Below are positions 8,115-17,237 of a DNA stretch of 64,000 nucleotides, piece by piece. The DNA lies in assembly GCA_041665405.1 (NCBI GenBank), contig JBAYIZ010000005.1, positions 2,513 through 66,512 of the forward strand, in the 5' to 3' direction. The number at the start of each line of letters is the position of its first letter. Position 1 is the first letter of the stretch. Origin of the DNA: Candidatus Magasanikiibacteriota bacterium. GTDB taxonomy: Bacteria > Patescibacteriota > Patescibacteriia > Magasanikbacterales > GWA2-37-8. The translations under genes and the position numbers were made by a program. The notes beneath the pieces are model-generated. The model saw nothing but the letters and a program-made list of their open reading frames with translations. It was not told the origin of the DNA and did no database searches.

Positions 8115-8190
8115 GGGTTCTCTCCTCGTCAGATGATTTGACGGGTTAAAAATTATTATACATTCTAAAAAATCATTTGTCTATCAAAAT

Positions 8191-8225
8191 AAAAAAGACG
8201 CCTTTTGATAAAAGCGTCTTTATTG
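8191..8225. repeat. R5: the native copy of the repeat hairpin (tRNA terminator), abutting the tRNA 3' end
   Basis: aaaaaagacgccttttgataaaagcgtctttattgtgca runs directly into the tRNA acceptor stem. Confidence 0.65.
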
Positions 8226-8297
8226 TGCACCCATTAGGAGTCGAACCTAAATTTTCGGCTTCGCAGGCCAATGTCCTATCCATTGAACGATGGGTGC
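8226..8297 (-). tRNA. tRNA, hand-folded as tRNA-Arg (anticodon GCG); anticodon call tentative
   Basis: Reverse complement: GCACCCA-TC-GTTC-AATGGATA-GGAC-A-TTGGC-CTGCGAA-GCCGA-AAAT-TTAGG-TTCGACT-CCTAA-TGGGTGC-A. All four stems pair. U33 and A37 are present. No encoded CCA. Confidence 0.75.
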
Positions 8298-8311
8298 AGG
8301 AACTTTTTCAA

Positions 8312-8815
8312 CTAAATTTTCAATATCCGCCCCATGCGTTCGCTTAACGGCTCTTCTTCTTGGTCGAGATCTTCTTCCAAATATAGAGCCAAATATTCAC
8401 GAATTGGCATCGGATCATAATCGTACAGCGGCACTTGAATACGGTGATTCAACACATTGTCTTGTGAAAAATATAGATTCTTGGTAAACGGTGGGTTGTA
8501 TATTACCCAAAAACCTGTTAGTTCACTATAGCGGTAGTATTTTTTCCCAATCACTACTCCAGTATTGGTGACGGCAAAATAGACATCCATCGGCGCTACC
8601 ATATCTTGCATGAATAAAATTATCCCAAACAAAACTGTAATTAGCGCAAACAGATAATTGCCGGCTATCACTCCATATACGGACAGGGCAATCCCGAGTC
8701 CTCCCATTATCCAATACCATTTTTGACTGCGGTCGTGCGATTCATACTCCTTCACCGTCCACTCATATTGGACTTCTCCAATATTTACTTCCTCTTTTAA
8801 AATATTTTTTGGCAT
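8312..8815 (-). CDS. hypothetical membrane protein
   Basis: 167-aa ORF with two central hydrophobic helices (WYWIMGGLGIALSVYGVIAGNYLFALITVLFGIILF). Lies between the two tRNAs. Confidence 0.4.
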   Translation of the reverse strand: MPKNILKEEVNIGEVQYEWTVKEYESHDRSQKWYWIMGGLGIALSVYGVIAGNYLFALITVLFGIILFMQDMVAPMDVYFAVTNTGVVIGKKYYRYSELTGFWVIYNPPFTKNLYFSQDNVLNHRIQVPLYDYDPMPIREYLALYLEEDLDQEEEPLSERMGRILKI

Positions 8816-8831
8816 AAAAAATTTTTAACCC

Positions 8832-8905
8832 GTGGATGATACTGGATTCGAACCAGTGACCTTTGCAATGTGAATGCAACGCTCTAACCAGCTGAGCTAA
8901 TCATC
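8832..8905 (-). tRNA. tRNA-Val (anticodon CAC) by hand fold
   Basis: Reverse complement: GGATGAT-TA-GCTC-AGCTGGTTA-GAGC-G-TTGCA-TTCACAT-TGCAA-AGGTC-ACTGG-TTCGAAT-CCAGT-ATCATCC-A. Canonical GTTCGAATC T-loop. Confidence 0.75.
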
Positions 8906-8984
8906 CGTTGATTAGAGGCCATTATTACTTTAACACAAACCTAAAATAAAATCAACCCCGGACAGTTGCTTATTATCCGTTTTT

Positions 8985-10499
8985 GTGGTACACTTTTCCT
9001 ATTATATGTCACTGCAACAGCCAATAAATTTATTGGAACCCCAAAATTTGGAACTGGACGAACCTAAGCCAAAAAGAAGTAAACTATTTTGGCTGTTTTT
9101 TATTTTGGTCGGAATCTTGTTTATTGTTGGCTGTAATGTATATCGCAACTATTCTTTGGCAAAATGGCCCAATGAGCCAGAAAGTTATGATCTCAAGACA
9201 TTGCAACCAAAAAATACTGGCATTTTACAAACTGTGAAAAATTTTATTTTTCATTCTGACAATATCCTTGAAGGACAAAAGGATGACCGCATCAATATTT
9301 TGTTACTAGGTATTGGCGGCCCTGGTCACGATGGACCATATTTATCTGATACCAATATTATTTTGAGCATCAAACCTAGTACCAATGAAGTGGCGATGAT
9401 TTCCGTACCACGCGATCTCGGAGTGACTATTGGCGAACATGGTGTTAGAAAAATAAATTCGGCTGATTCATTTGGCGAAGCTCAGGCCCCTGGTTCGGGT
9501 GGAGAATATGCTCGCCAAATTTTTGCCAAAACTTTTGGAATCGATATCCCCTATTATGCACGTGTAGATTTTCAAGCTTTCCAAGAATTGGTGGACGAAG
9601 TTGGTGGAGTGACAGTGAATGTACCGCGCGCATTTGTAGATTACGAATTTCCTGGGCCAAATTTTTCTTATCGCACTTTGTCTTTTGATGCTGGTATGCA
9701 AGTTATGGACGGACAACGCGCGCTCGACTTTGCTCGTTCTCGCCATGGCAACAACGGCGAGGGTTCGGACTTTGCTCGTTCTCGACGTCAACAACTGATG
9801 ATCTCTGCACTCAAAGAAAAATTGTTATCTGTCGGAACTTATACCAACCCAGTACGTATTCAAAGTATTTTACAATCTTTATCTAACCACATCACTACCA
9901 ATTTGAATTTTGGTCAGATGATGTACTTGGCTAGTCTGGCCAAGGATGCTGATAAAAATTTAAAAATGTTAGTATTAGATAATTCTGAAACTGGATTTTT
10001 GAAATCATACATTGCAGACAGTGGTGCTTATATCTTGGCCCCTCGTACTGGTAATTTTGATGACATCAATCTCGCTGTGGAAAATGTGTTTGATAGTACC
10101 AAGACAAAAGTTGCACAAAATTTGTCTACTGAAAACAAATCCATTTTCCCTAGCGGCAAGATTCAAATCCTAAATGGTACTTGGCGTGCCGGACTAGCTG
10201 CCAAATATCAGCTCGGATTACAAGAAAAAGGTTTTTCTACTTTACCCGCCGCCAACAGTCCCAAACGACCGATCGATGTTACTACTATATATATAGTTAA
10301 TTCCAAAATTTCGAATGATATAGTGGTAGCATTACAAAAAGAGATCGAGGCTAAAGTGGAAAAAGGTTTGCCCGCGTGGATGCAAGAAGGCAACCTAGCT
10401 ACAAATTCTACTACCGAACAAACAAACCCAAATTTGAAATTTAATACAGAAGCCGATATACTGATTATATTAGGATCGGACTTAAGTGAAAATCAATAA
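8985..10499 (+). CDS. LCP-family (LytR-CpsA-Psr) cell-envelope phosphotransferase with N-terminal TM anchor
   Basis: TM segment LFWLFFILVGILFIVG, then INILLLGIGGPGHDGPYLSDTNIILSI...VPRDL (LCP core), plus a C-terminal LytR_C-like region. The start is probably an internal or alternative codon. Confidence 0.65.
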   Translation: MVHFSYYMSLQQPINLLEPQNLELDEPKPKRSKLFWLFFILVGILFIVGCNVYRNYSLAKWPNEPESYDLKTLQPKNTGILQTVKNFIFHSDNILEGQKDDRINILLLGIGGPGHDGPYLSDTNIILSIKPSTNEVAMISVPRDLGVTIGEHGVRKINSADSFGEAQAPGSGGEYARQIFAKTFGIDIPYYARVDFQAFQELVDEVGGVTVNVPRAFVDYEFPGPNFSYRTLSFDAGMQVMDGQRALDFARSRHGNNGEGSDFARSRRQQLMISALKEKLLSVGTYTNPVRIQSILQSLSNHITTNLNFGQMMYLASLAKDADKNLKMLVLDNSETGFLKSYIADSGAYILAPRTGNFDDINLAVENVFDSTKTKVAQNLSTENKSIFPSGKIQILNGTWRAGLAAKYQLGLQEKGFSTLPAANSPKRPIDVTTIYIVNSKISNDIVVALQKEIEAKVEKGLPAWMQEGNLATNSTTEQTNPNLKFNTEADILIILGSDLSENQ

Positions 10500-11871
10500 T
10501 ATGGCCACACTAGCAAAAATAGTGAACCTCGAACTGCCTACTATCGCCCTTGTCGGCCGTGTAAATGTAGGCAAATCTACTTTGTTCAATCGTCTCACCG
10601 AAAGTGATAAGGCGTTGGTTTCTGATATCCCTGGCACCACTCGCACTCGCAATGAAGGCAAAGCCATTTGGCGTGGCAAACATGTTCGAATTGTCGATAC
10701 TGGTGGTCTGACATTTTCTGATGACGTACCTTTGGAAAAAGAAATCATTATGCAAACCGAAGCCGCTCTCAAAGAGGCGGATGTGATAGTGTTTGTGACG
10801 GATATCAAAGACAGTCTATTGCCTCAAGAAAAAGAACTAGCCAAATTGCTTTTACAAAAAAAGAAAAATTGCCCAGTGATTTTGGTAGCCAACAAAGCAG
10901 ACAGTCCAGTAGAAAACGCCTTAAAATATGAACGTGACTGGCTCAAACTTGGACTAGGTGAACCGATCGCAATTTCTGCGCAAAACGGTTCTGGTCTAGG
11001 AGATCTAATGGAAGAAATTTTTTCACACTTAAAAAAGACTTTGAAAAAACCTCAAGTTTTGCCAGACATCGAACCTATCAAAGTTGCTCTACTTGGAAAA
11101 CCAAATGTTGGCAAATCTTCTTTGTTCAACAAACTTATCGGCGAAGACAGAGTGATAGTGAGCGATATGCCTCATACTACTCGCGAACCACATGATACGC
11201 TGGTAGAAGTAGACGGTGAACATATTTTGTTTATTGATACTGCTGGTATTCGTCGCAAAGCCAAAGTTGGTGGTTTGCTCGAACGTGTCGGCATAGGCAA
11301 AAGTATCGAAGTGATGAAACGCGCTGATATCGTTTTGTTTTTGCTAGACACTTCCTCCCCTATTACCGACCAAGATCAACAGCTAGGTGGATTGTTGCGT
11401 GAGAGTACCAAGAGTGTTATTATCGTGGTCAACAAATGGGATCTCAGTGAAGACAACACCGATTCTTTCCGCAATGATGTGAAAGAAAAAATCATGAAAT
11501 ATTTTCCACATATTGCTTATGCGCCGATTGTGTTTGTGAGTTCCAAAACTAGTTACCGCATTCACCAATTGTTCCCTTTGATAAAACAAGCGTGGGAAGA
11601 AAGACATACCGAACTTTCTGAAGAGGTTTGCGAAGAATTTATTCGCCATGTCACCAAAGATCATTTGCCATCTCGTGGCAAAGGTGTAAATCATCCAAAA
11701 ATTTTGGGCTTCCGTCAGATCAATGTTAACCCACCGATTTTTGAATTGTTTATCAAATACAAAACTTCTTTGAACATGTCTTATGTTCACTACCTAGAAA
11801 ATCGTTTGCGTGATCAGTTTAGTTTTTTTGCAGCTCCGATTGTTATTAAGTTAACTAAAACTAGAAGATAA
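10486..11871 (+). CDS. der: ribosome-biogenesis GTPase Der (EngA), two tandem G domains
   Basis: Two G domains, IALVGRVNVGKSTLFNRL and KVALLGKPNVGKSSLFNKL, plus a C-terminal KH-like domain. The likely start is ATG 10501. Confidence 0.85.
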   Translation: MKINNMATLAKIVNLELPTIALVGRVNVGKSTLFNRLTESDKALVSDIPGTTRTRNEGKAIWRGKHVRIVDTGGLTFSDDVPLEKEIIMQTEAALKEADVIVFVTDIKDSLLPQEKELAKLLLQKKKNCPVILVANKADSPVENALKYERDWLKLGLGEPIAISAQNGSGLGDLMEEIFSHLKKTLKKPQVLPDIEPIKVALLGKPNVGKSSLFNKLIGEDRVIVSDMPHTTREPHDTLVEVDGEHILFIDTAGIRRKAKVGGLLERVGIGKSIEVMKRADIVLFLLDTSSPITDQDQQLGGLLRESTKSVIIVVNKWDLSEDNTDSFRNDVKEKIMKYFPHIAYAPIVFVSSKTSYRIHQLFPLIKQAWEERHTELSEEVCEEFIRHVTKDHLPSRGKGVNHPKILGFRQINVNPPIFELFIKYKTSLNMSYVHYLENRLRDQFSFFAAPIVIKLTKTRR

Positions 11872-12030
11872 AATTTTCTCTAAAGATTGACGCCTCACAG
11901 ATATGAATTTTCTTGCGCTCAGACTAGCACCGAATTGTGGGTTTTACAGACAGCCATATTTAGTTCTCGGTGCTTCGGACAGTTCGCGCGGCGAAAATTA
12001 ATATCTGTTCGGCTTACTTTATTATATTTT

Positions 12031-12576
12031 ATGAAATTAATCATTGGACTTGGAAATCCAGGAAAAGAATTTGAATATACTCGGCATAATGCTGGGTGGT
12101 TGGCTTTGGACAAATTAATTGAATCTGAAAAATTGACTTCCAAAAAATCTTCCAAATTACAGGCGGAAATTTCGGATTTTAAAGTTGGACGCAACAAAGT
12201 AATTTTGGCCAAGCCACAAACCTTCATGAACAATTCTGGTACTGCAGTCCATACCATGATAAATTATTATCGCCTCACTGCCAAAGATATAGTGGTGGTA
12301 CATGATGATAAAGATATCCCTACAGGTGAAATTCGTGTGCAGACCAACCGTGGGCCAGCTGGACACAATGGGATCAAATCAATTATTGAACAAATCGGCA
12401 CTCAAGATTTTACTCGCATTCGCATTGGCGTCGGTCCAACCCCAGACTCAAAAGAAAAAATCGACGTCATCAGTAATTTTGTCTTAAACAAATTCTCCAA
12501 GGAGGAGATTAAAATCTTACAGACTGCATTGGACAATGCGGTGACTGAGATAAAAAGATTATCAGCCGTTGAATAA
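12031..12576 (+). CDS. pth: peptidyl-tRNA hydrolase
   Basis: MKLIIGLGNPGKEFEYTRHNAGW is the Pth N-terminal signature. The track ORF starts at 11887, but the upstream 48 codons look non-coding. Confidence 0.8.
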   Translation: MKLIIGLGNPGKEFEYTRHNAGWLALDKLIESEKLTSKKSSKLQAEISDFKVGRNKVILAKPQTFMNNSGTAVHTMINYYRLTAKDIVVVHDDKDIPTGEIRVQTNRGPAGHNGIKSIIEQIGTQDFTRIRIGVGPTPDSKEKIDVISNFVLNKFSKEEIKILQTALDNAVTEIKRLSAVE

Positions 12577-12586
12577 TTTTTAATCT

Positions 12587-13666
12587 GTGAACTACCAAGT
12601 TCTTTTGGCGCACTTCCCCAAAATTACTTATGCGCGTTATACTCGACTTAAAGCGCGTTTTTTTGATTTTAAGGATTTGTGGCAAGCGGAGTTGGACGAA
12701 ATAGTGAAAGCCGGTATCGAAGAAAATATTGCATTTGAATTTTTAACTTGGAAAGATACTAATCCGGCTGAAAAAATTTTTGAACGATTAGAAAAAGAGG
12801 ATATCAAAACTACATGTCTAGGCGAACCAGATTATCCGACATTATTATCTCAAATCTCCGATCCACCACATACTTTATTTTATCGTGGACAACTTCCTCC
12901 AGACGAACAACCAAGCTTAGCGGTGGTAGGCACGCGACGAATTACCAGTTATGGAAAAATGGTTTGTGAAGATTTGGTTGGACCGCTGGCCGCGCAAGGA
13001 ATTGTGATTGTTAGCGGATTGGCATTGGGTATTGATGGTGTCGCCCACTCAGCCACATTGAATGTACATGGTACTACCGTGGCAGTTTTGGGAACAGGTA
13101 TAAACAAACAAAATGTTTATCCTGATGCTCACAAAATTTTGGCACAAAAAATTATTGATAATGGTGGTGCGATATTGTCTGAATATCCACCCGGATTTTT
13201 GCCGACTCAATATTCTTTTCCGGCACGCAATCGGATTATCGCCGGTCTTACTTTGGGTACTCTAGTTATTGAAGCTCCAATTAAATCTGGTGCTCTGATC
13301 ACCACTCGCTGTGCTTTAGATTATAATCGTGAAGTATTGGCGGTGCCACACGCGCTCACTTCTCCCACTGGTGCAGGGCCGAATAATTTAATAAAACAAG
13401 GTGCAAAATTGGTGACGGAACCAAATGATGTTTTGGAAGCATTAAATCTACAATCAATAAAACAAACTACACCCACAAAAAAATTGGTTGGCGCCAATCC
13501 GACTGAAGAAAAAATTATTCATCTGCTGACCAAGGAACCAAAAAATATTAATCAGATAATTTTGGAAAGCCAGCTAGATAGCCCAACGGCGAGTTCCACT
13601 TTGGTGCTGATGGAAATCAAGGGATTGATAAAAAATTTAGGCGGGATGAATTATGTGAGGAAATAA
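12587..13666 (+). CDS. dprA: DNA-processing protein DprA (Smf)
   Basis: LAVVGTRRITSYGKMV...IVSGLALGIDGVAHSATL Rossmann-like DprA core, plus a C-terminal winged-helix tail. Confidence 0.8.
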   Translation: MNYQVLLAHFPKITYARYTRLKARFFDFKDLWQAELDEIVKAGIEENIAFEFLTWKDTNPAEKIFERLEKEDIKTTCLGEPDYPTLLSQISDPPHTLFYRGQLPPDEQPSLAVVGTRRITSYGKMVCEDLVGPLAAQGIVIVSGLALGIDGVAHSATLNVHGTTVAVLGTGINKQNVYPDAHKILAQKIIDNGGAILSEYPPGFLPTQYSFPARNRIIAGLTLGTLVIEAPIKSGALITTRCALDYNREVLAVPHALTSPTGAGPNNLIKQGAKLVTEPNDVLEALNLQSIKQTTPTKKLVGANPTEEKIIHLLTKEPKNINQIILESQLDSPTASSTLVLMEIKGLIKNLGGMNYVRK

Positions 13667-13692
13667 AAAACAGCCATGATGGCTGTTTTTTC
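13664..13692. terminator. bidirectional intrinsic terminator between convergent dprA and ORF 13700..14491
   Basis: AAAAACAGCCATGATGGCTGTTTTTT: a perfect stem flanked by A-run and T-run. Confidence 0.6.
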
Positions 13693-13699
13693 AATATTT

Positions 13700-14491
13700 T
13701 TATTCAGTTATTTTTACGCTTTCACATAATACTTTCACTACTTTTACTTTGTCTGGATTTTTTTTATCAGGAACAACTAATGGTGTAAATTCTACTCTAA
13801 CAACTCTTTTATCATTAGGTCTATTAGATACAGGCACCTCTATGGTTTGTTTTTCTCCTTTTTTTGCCCCTGAAAATCCAGCATATTCCATTTTTCCACC
13901 AACTTCCCCCATCATTACTAGACTACCACTACCTAAAAGCATTTCTAAGTGTTGTTGGACGCTAATGGCTTGAGCTTCTACACTATTTGAAGGAGATTTT
14001 TTGATCAAAAATCCTCTTTGGCCTGGCGCTCGATTTGGGTCGTTCTTATTAATAGTCGCCAAATAGTCTCTAACTATTTCTCTGGTCATCAATTCAACTA
14101 CAGTCGAAGACTTTTTGTCTTGAAACAATTCAATAAGTTTGTCGTTTAGAGCATCTTCAATATTTTTCCTTCTGGTTATTTCCGGCGATACAGATTCGAT
14201 TGGTTGTTCTTTTGTAGTTTGCGCAACATCTCCACTGCTAGGTACGGCCTCAGGAATAACAAATTTTTTACCTTCTGACATATAATATCTCTCTCCGTTC
14301 GGATCTTCTATAATATCGGCCACAATCATATCATCTCCATTTTCTGAAGCTAATATACTAACTCCACCATCAACTGGAGCCTTCCAATCTTTATACCCTG
14401 ATTTATCTCCTCCATTTTTAATATCTGCATTCATAATATATTCTTTAGTTGTGGTTAAAAAACTGCAAAATCTATGTTTAAATACTAACAC
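13700..14491 (-). CDS. hypothetical protein (Lys/Asp-rich; no recognised domain)
   Basis: 263-aa ORF; the likely start is the internal ATG at 14434 (MNADIK...). Confidence 0.35.
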   Translation of the reverse strand: MLVFKHRFCSFLTTTKEYIMNADIKNGGDKSGYKDWKAPVDGGVSILASENGDDMIVADIIEDPNGERYYMSEGKKFVIPEAVPSSGDVAQTTKEQPIESVSPEITRRKNIEDALNDKLIELFQDKKSSTVVELMTREIVRDYLATINKNDPNRAPGQRGFLIKKSPSNSVEAQAISVQQHLEMLLGSGSLVMMGEVGGKMEYAGFSGAKKGEKQTIEVPVSNRPNDKRVVRVEFTPLVVPDKKNPDKVKVVKVLCESVKITE

Positions 14492-14580
14492 AAAACCCCG
14501 TGTTTAATCAACCCCACAAAAACCATAAAATTGACAAAACGGTAAAAATCCTTTATCTTAAGGAGGAAAATAAAAAAATT

Positions 14581-16635
14581 ATGTCAAAACTTGTTATCGT
14601 AGAGTCACCTGCCAAAGCCAAAACCATTTCCAAATTCTTGGGCAAAAATTTTGTCGTCAAGTCTTCTTTTGGTCATGTGCGTGATCTCCCAAAGAGTAAA
14701 ATGGGTATTGATATTGAACACAATTTTGAACCACAATATATCAATAGCAGAGACAAAAGCAAAGTTATCAAAGAACTAAAAGAAGCCGCAAAGAAAAATA
14801 AAGAGATCCTATTCGCTACCGATGAGGACCGTGAAGGAGAAGCTATTTCTTGGCATTTGGCGCAAGTTTTGGGCGTAGATCCAGCTGTTGCCCAGCGTAT
14901 TGCGTTTCATGAAATTACCAAAACTGCCATCGAACATGCTATCGCCAATCCTCGTGCACTAGATCTAAAGATGGTAGACGCTCAACAAGCTCGTCGTATT
15001 TTGGATAGATTGGTAGGTTATGAACTCTCGCCATTTTTGTGGCGCAAAGTGGCCAAAGGATTGTCCGCCGGCCGTGTACAAAGTGTGGCGATGCGATTGA
15101 CCGTCGAACGTGAACGAGAAATTTTGGCTTTCAAACCAGAAGAGTATTGGTCTGTCGAAGGTGTTTTTGAAAATAAAGAAAAAATAAGTTTCAATACTAA
15201 ACTACTATCCACTCCAGAAAAAAAGTTGGACAAATTAGATATTAAAAATAAAGAAACTGCTGATAAAATTCTTGCGGATTTAGCTGGTGTTTCCTATACC
15301 GTCAACGCAGTTGAAAAGAAAAATAGCAAACGCAACCCTCCCCCACCTTTTACTACTTCTACTTTACAACAAGATGCCAACAATCGCCTTGGTTTTTCTG
15401 CCAAACAAACTATGCGCTTGGCTCAACAACTTTATGAGGGTATGGAACTTGGTTCAGAAGGTTCACATGGTTTGATTACATATATGCGTACCGATTCGGT
15501 AAATTTGTCAGAGAAATTTTTGACAGACGCTCATGCTGTGATTGGTGAAGAATTTGGTAAAAAATATAATATCGAAAAACCACGCGCCTATACCAACAAA
15601 AGTAAAAACGCTCAGGAAGCTCACGAAGCTATTCGTCCAACTGAAGCCAAAAGAACTCCAGCATTGGTGGAACCATTTTTGGAAAAAAATCAATTCAAGC
15701 TATATGAACTGATTTGGTGTCGTGCGATGGGAACACAGATGGCCGCCGCCGAAGTTGCCTCTACTGGTGCCAATATTATTTCTACCAACAACTATACTTT
15801 CCGAGCTACTGGTCAGACTATTGTCTTTGACGGTTTCTTGAAATTGTACCCAGATAAAAATAAAGACAACGCTTTACCAAATTTGATCAATGGCGAAAAT
15901 GTAAATTGCCAAGAAATCAAAACCGAGCAACACAGCACTGAACCACCAGCTCGCTATAATGATGCTTCCCTAGTTAAGGCTTTGGAAGAATACGGCATCG
16001 GTCGTCCTTCTACTTATGCCCCAACTATAGCTACTATTGAAGACCGTGGTTATGTGGAACGCGACGAAAAGAAACGTCTCAAACCACGTGAAGTGGCCTT
16101 TGTGGTAAACGATTTATTAGTAAAACATTTTCCAAACATTGTTGATTTTTCTTTCACCGCTCAAATGGAAGAAAACTTCGACAGTATCGCTCGCGGTGAA
16201 AAACAATGGCAACCAGTAATCGCCGATTTTTATCATCCTTTCAAAGAAAATTTGGTATTAATGAATAAAGAAATTCCAGATAAAGAAAAAATTCCAGATG
16301 AAACCACAGATGAGGTTTGCGAAAACTGCGGCAAACCTATGGTGATAAAAACTGGTCGCTTTGGAAAATTCATGGCCTGCACTGGATACCCAGAATGTAA
16401 AACAACCAAGAATATTGCCAACCTCACTGGCATCAAATGTCCAAAATGTCTCGAAGGAGATCTGGCGCAGCGTCGCAGTAAACGCGGTAAAGTTTTTTAT
16501 GGATGCAATCGTTATCCAAAATGCGACTTTGCGCTTTGGGACAAACCTACTGGCGACAAATGTGAGAAATGTGGTTCGATGATGACTCAAACTTTCAAAG
16601 GCGAAGTAAAATGTTCCAATAAGGAGTGCAAATAA
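14581..16635 (+). CDS. topA: DNA topoisomerase I with C-terminal zinc-ribbon repeats
   Basis: MSKLVIVESPAKAKTI (TOPRIM), followed by CENCGKPM..C..YPEC / CPKC..C..YPKC zinc fingers. The track ORF starts 27 codons earlier. Confidence 0.85.
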   Translation: MSKLVIVESPAKAKTISKFLGKNFVVKSSFGHVRDLPKSKMGIDIEHNFEPQYINSRDKSKVIKELKEAAKKNKEILFATDEDREGEAISWHLAQVLGVDPAVAQRIAFHEITKTAIEHAIANPRALDLKMVDAQQARRILDRLVGYELSPFLWRKVAKGLSAGRVQSVAMRLTVEREREILAFKPEEYWSVEGVFENKEKISFNTKLLSTPEKKLDKLDIKNKETADKILADLAGVSYTVNAVEKKNSKRNPPPPFTTSTLQQDANNRLGFSAKQTMRLAQQLYEGMELGSEGSHGLITYMRTDSVNLSEKFLTDAHAVIGEEFGKKYNIEKPRAYTNKSKNAQEAHEAIRPTEAKRTPALVEPFLEKNQFKLYELIWCRAMGTQMAAAEVASTGANIISTNNYTFRATGQTIVFDGFLKLYPDKNKDNALPNLINGENVNCQEIKTEQHSTEPPARYNDASLVKALEEYGIGRPSTYAPTIATIEDRGYVERDEKKRLKPREVAFVVNDLLVKHFPNIVDFSFTAQMEENFDSIARGEKQWQPVIADFYHPFKENLVLMNKEIPDKEKIPDETTDEVCENCGKPMVIKTGRFGKFMACTGYPECKTTKNIANLTGIKCPKCLEGDLAQRRSKRGKVFYGCNRYPKCDFALWDKPTGDKCEKCGSMMTQTFKGEVKCSNKECK

Positions 16636-16636
16636 T

Positions 16637-17122
16637 ATGTGGGCGGATTGGAAAATAAAACTTGGAGCTTCAAATAACCAACGCATTATTGGCGTGGTTA
16701 TTTTTTATTTTTTAATAACTTTTATCATTTCACGTTTGATGGTCTATTTGGTAATCGGCAAATGGTTACCAAACTTTTTTCTGACTATTCGTGGTGTACA
16801 TATTCACCATTTTACTTATGGTGTTATCATTTTGGTTTTGATTGGACTCTATCTCATCCTCCGTCGTCCAGATGCTGAATCTGAAATTTTCAAAATCTGT
16901 ACGGCGATTTATGGTATCGGTCTCGGTCTAACCTTTGATGAATTTGGTATGTGGGTAAGACTAGAAGATGAATACTGGATTCGCCAAAGCTATGATGCCA
17001 TAATTATTATATTACTTATACTTCTAAATATTGCCTATTACCGCCAGGTGTTATTCGGCGTCCGCGAAGTGGGCAAGCTCTTCAAAAAAATATTTATTCG
17101 TCTGTTCTCTATGGGTGGATAG
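16637..17122 (+). CDS. hypothetical small membrane protein (3-4 TM)
   Basis: 161-aa ORF dominated by hydrophobic helices. Confidence 0.4.
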   Translation: MWADWKIKLGASNNQRIIGVVIFYFLITFIISRLMVYLVIGKWLPNFFLTIRGVHIHHFTYGVIILVLIGLYLILRRPDAESEIFKICTAIYGIGLGLTFDEFGMWVRLEDEYWIRQSYDAIIIILLILLNIAYYRQVLFGVREVGKLFKKIFIRLFSMGG

Positions 17123-17151
17123 TTGACAAAAATCCTATTTTAAGCTATAAA
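17123..17151 (+). promoter_or_regulatory. consensus sigma70-type promoter for rplA, followed by a ~85-nt GC-richer leader
   Basis: TTGACA-17nt-TATAAA. The leader gggatctcgaccactcgagagtttgtaccactagtctcgttcgcctcggcgg is much more GC-rich than its surroundings (possible L1 autoregulatory mimic). Confidence 0.5.
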
Positions 17152-17237
17152 TAAAGTATATTAACGGTGGGATCTCGACCACTCGAGAGTTTGTACCACT
17201 AGTCTCGTTCGCCTCGGCGGATGTGATAAAAAATAGT

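Noticed and set aside
804-8225. Classical integron (intI/attI/attC array)
   Set aside because: The co-orientation is integron-like, but no IntI-type integrase is present. The repeats are direct copies of the tRNA terminator region rather than imperfect inverted attC sites, and the units carry their own promoters. A tRNA-targeted integrative array is a better fit.
9445-12487. Short antisense/overlapping ORFs inside LCP, der, pth and topA (e.g. 9445..9660, 10482..10808, 11383..11790, 11919..12257, 15018..15233)
   Set aside because: They lie wholly within well-supported genes on the opposite strand or in other frames, and have low-complexity translations.
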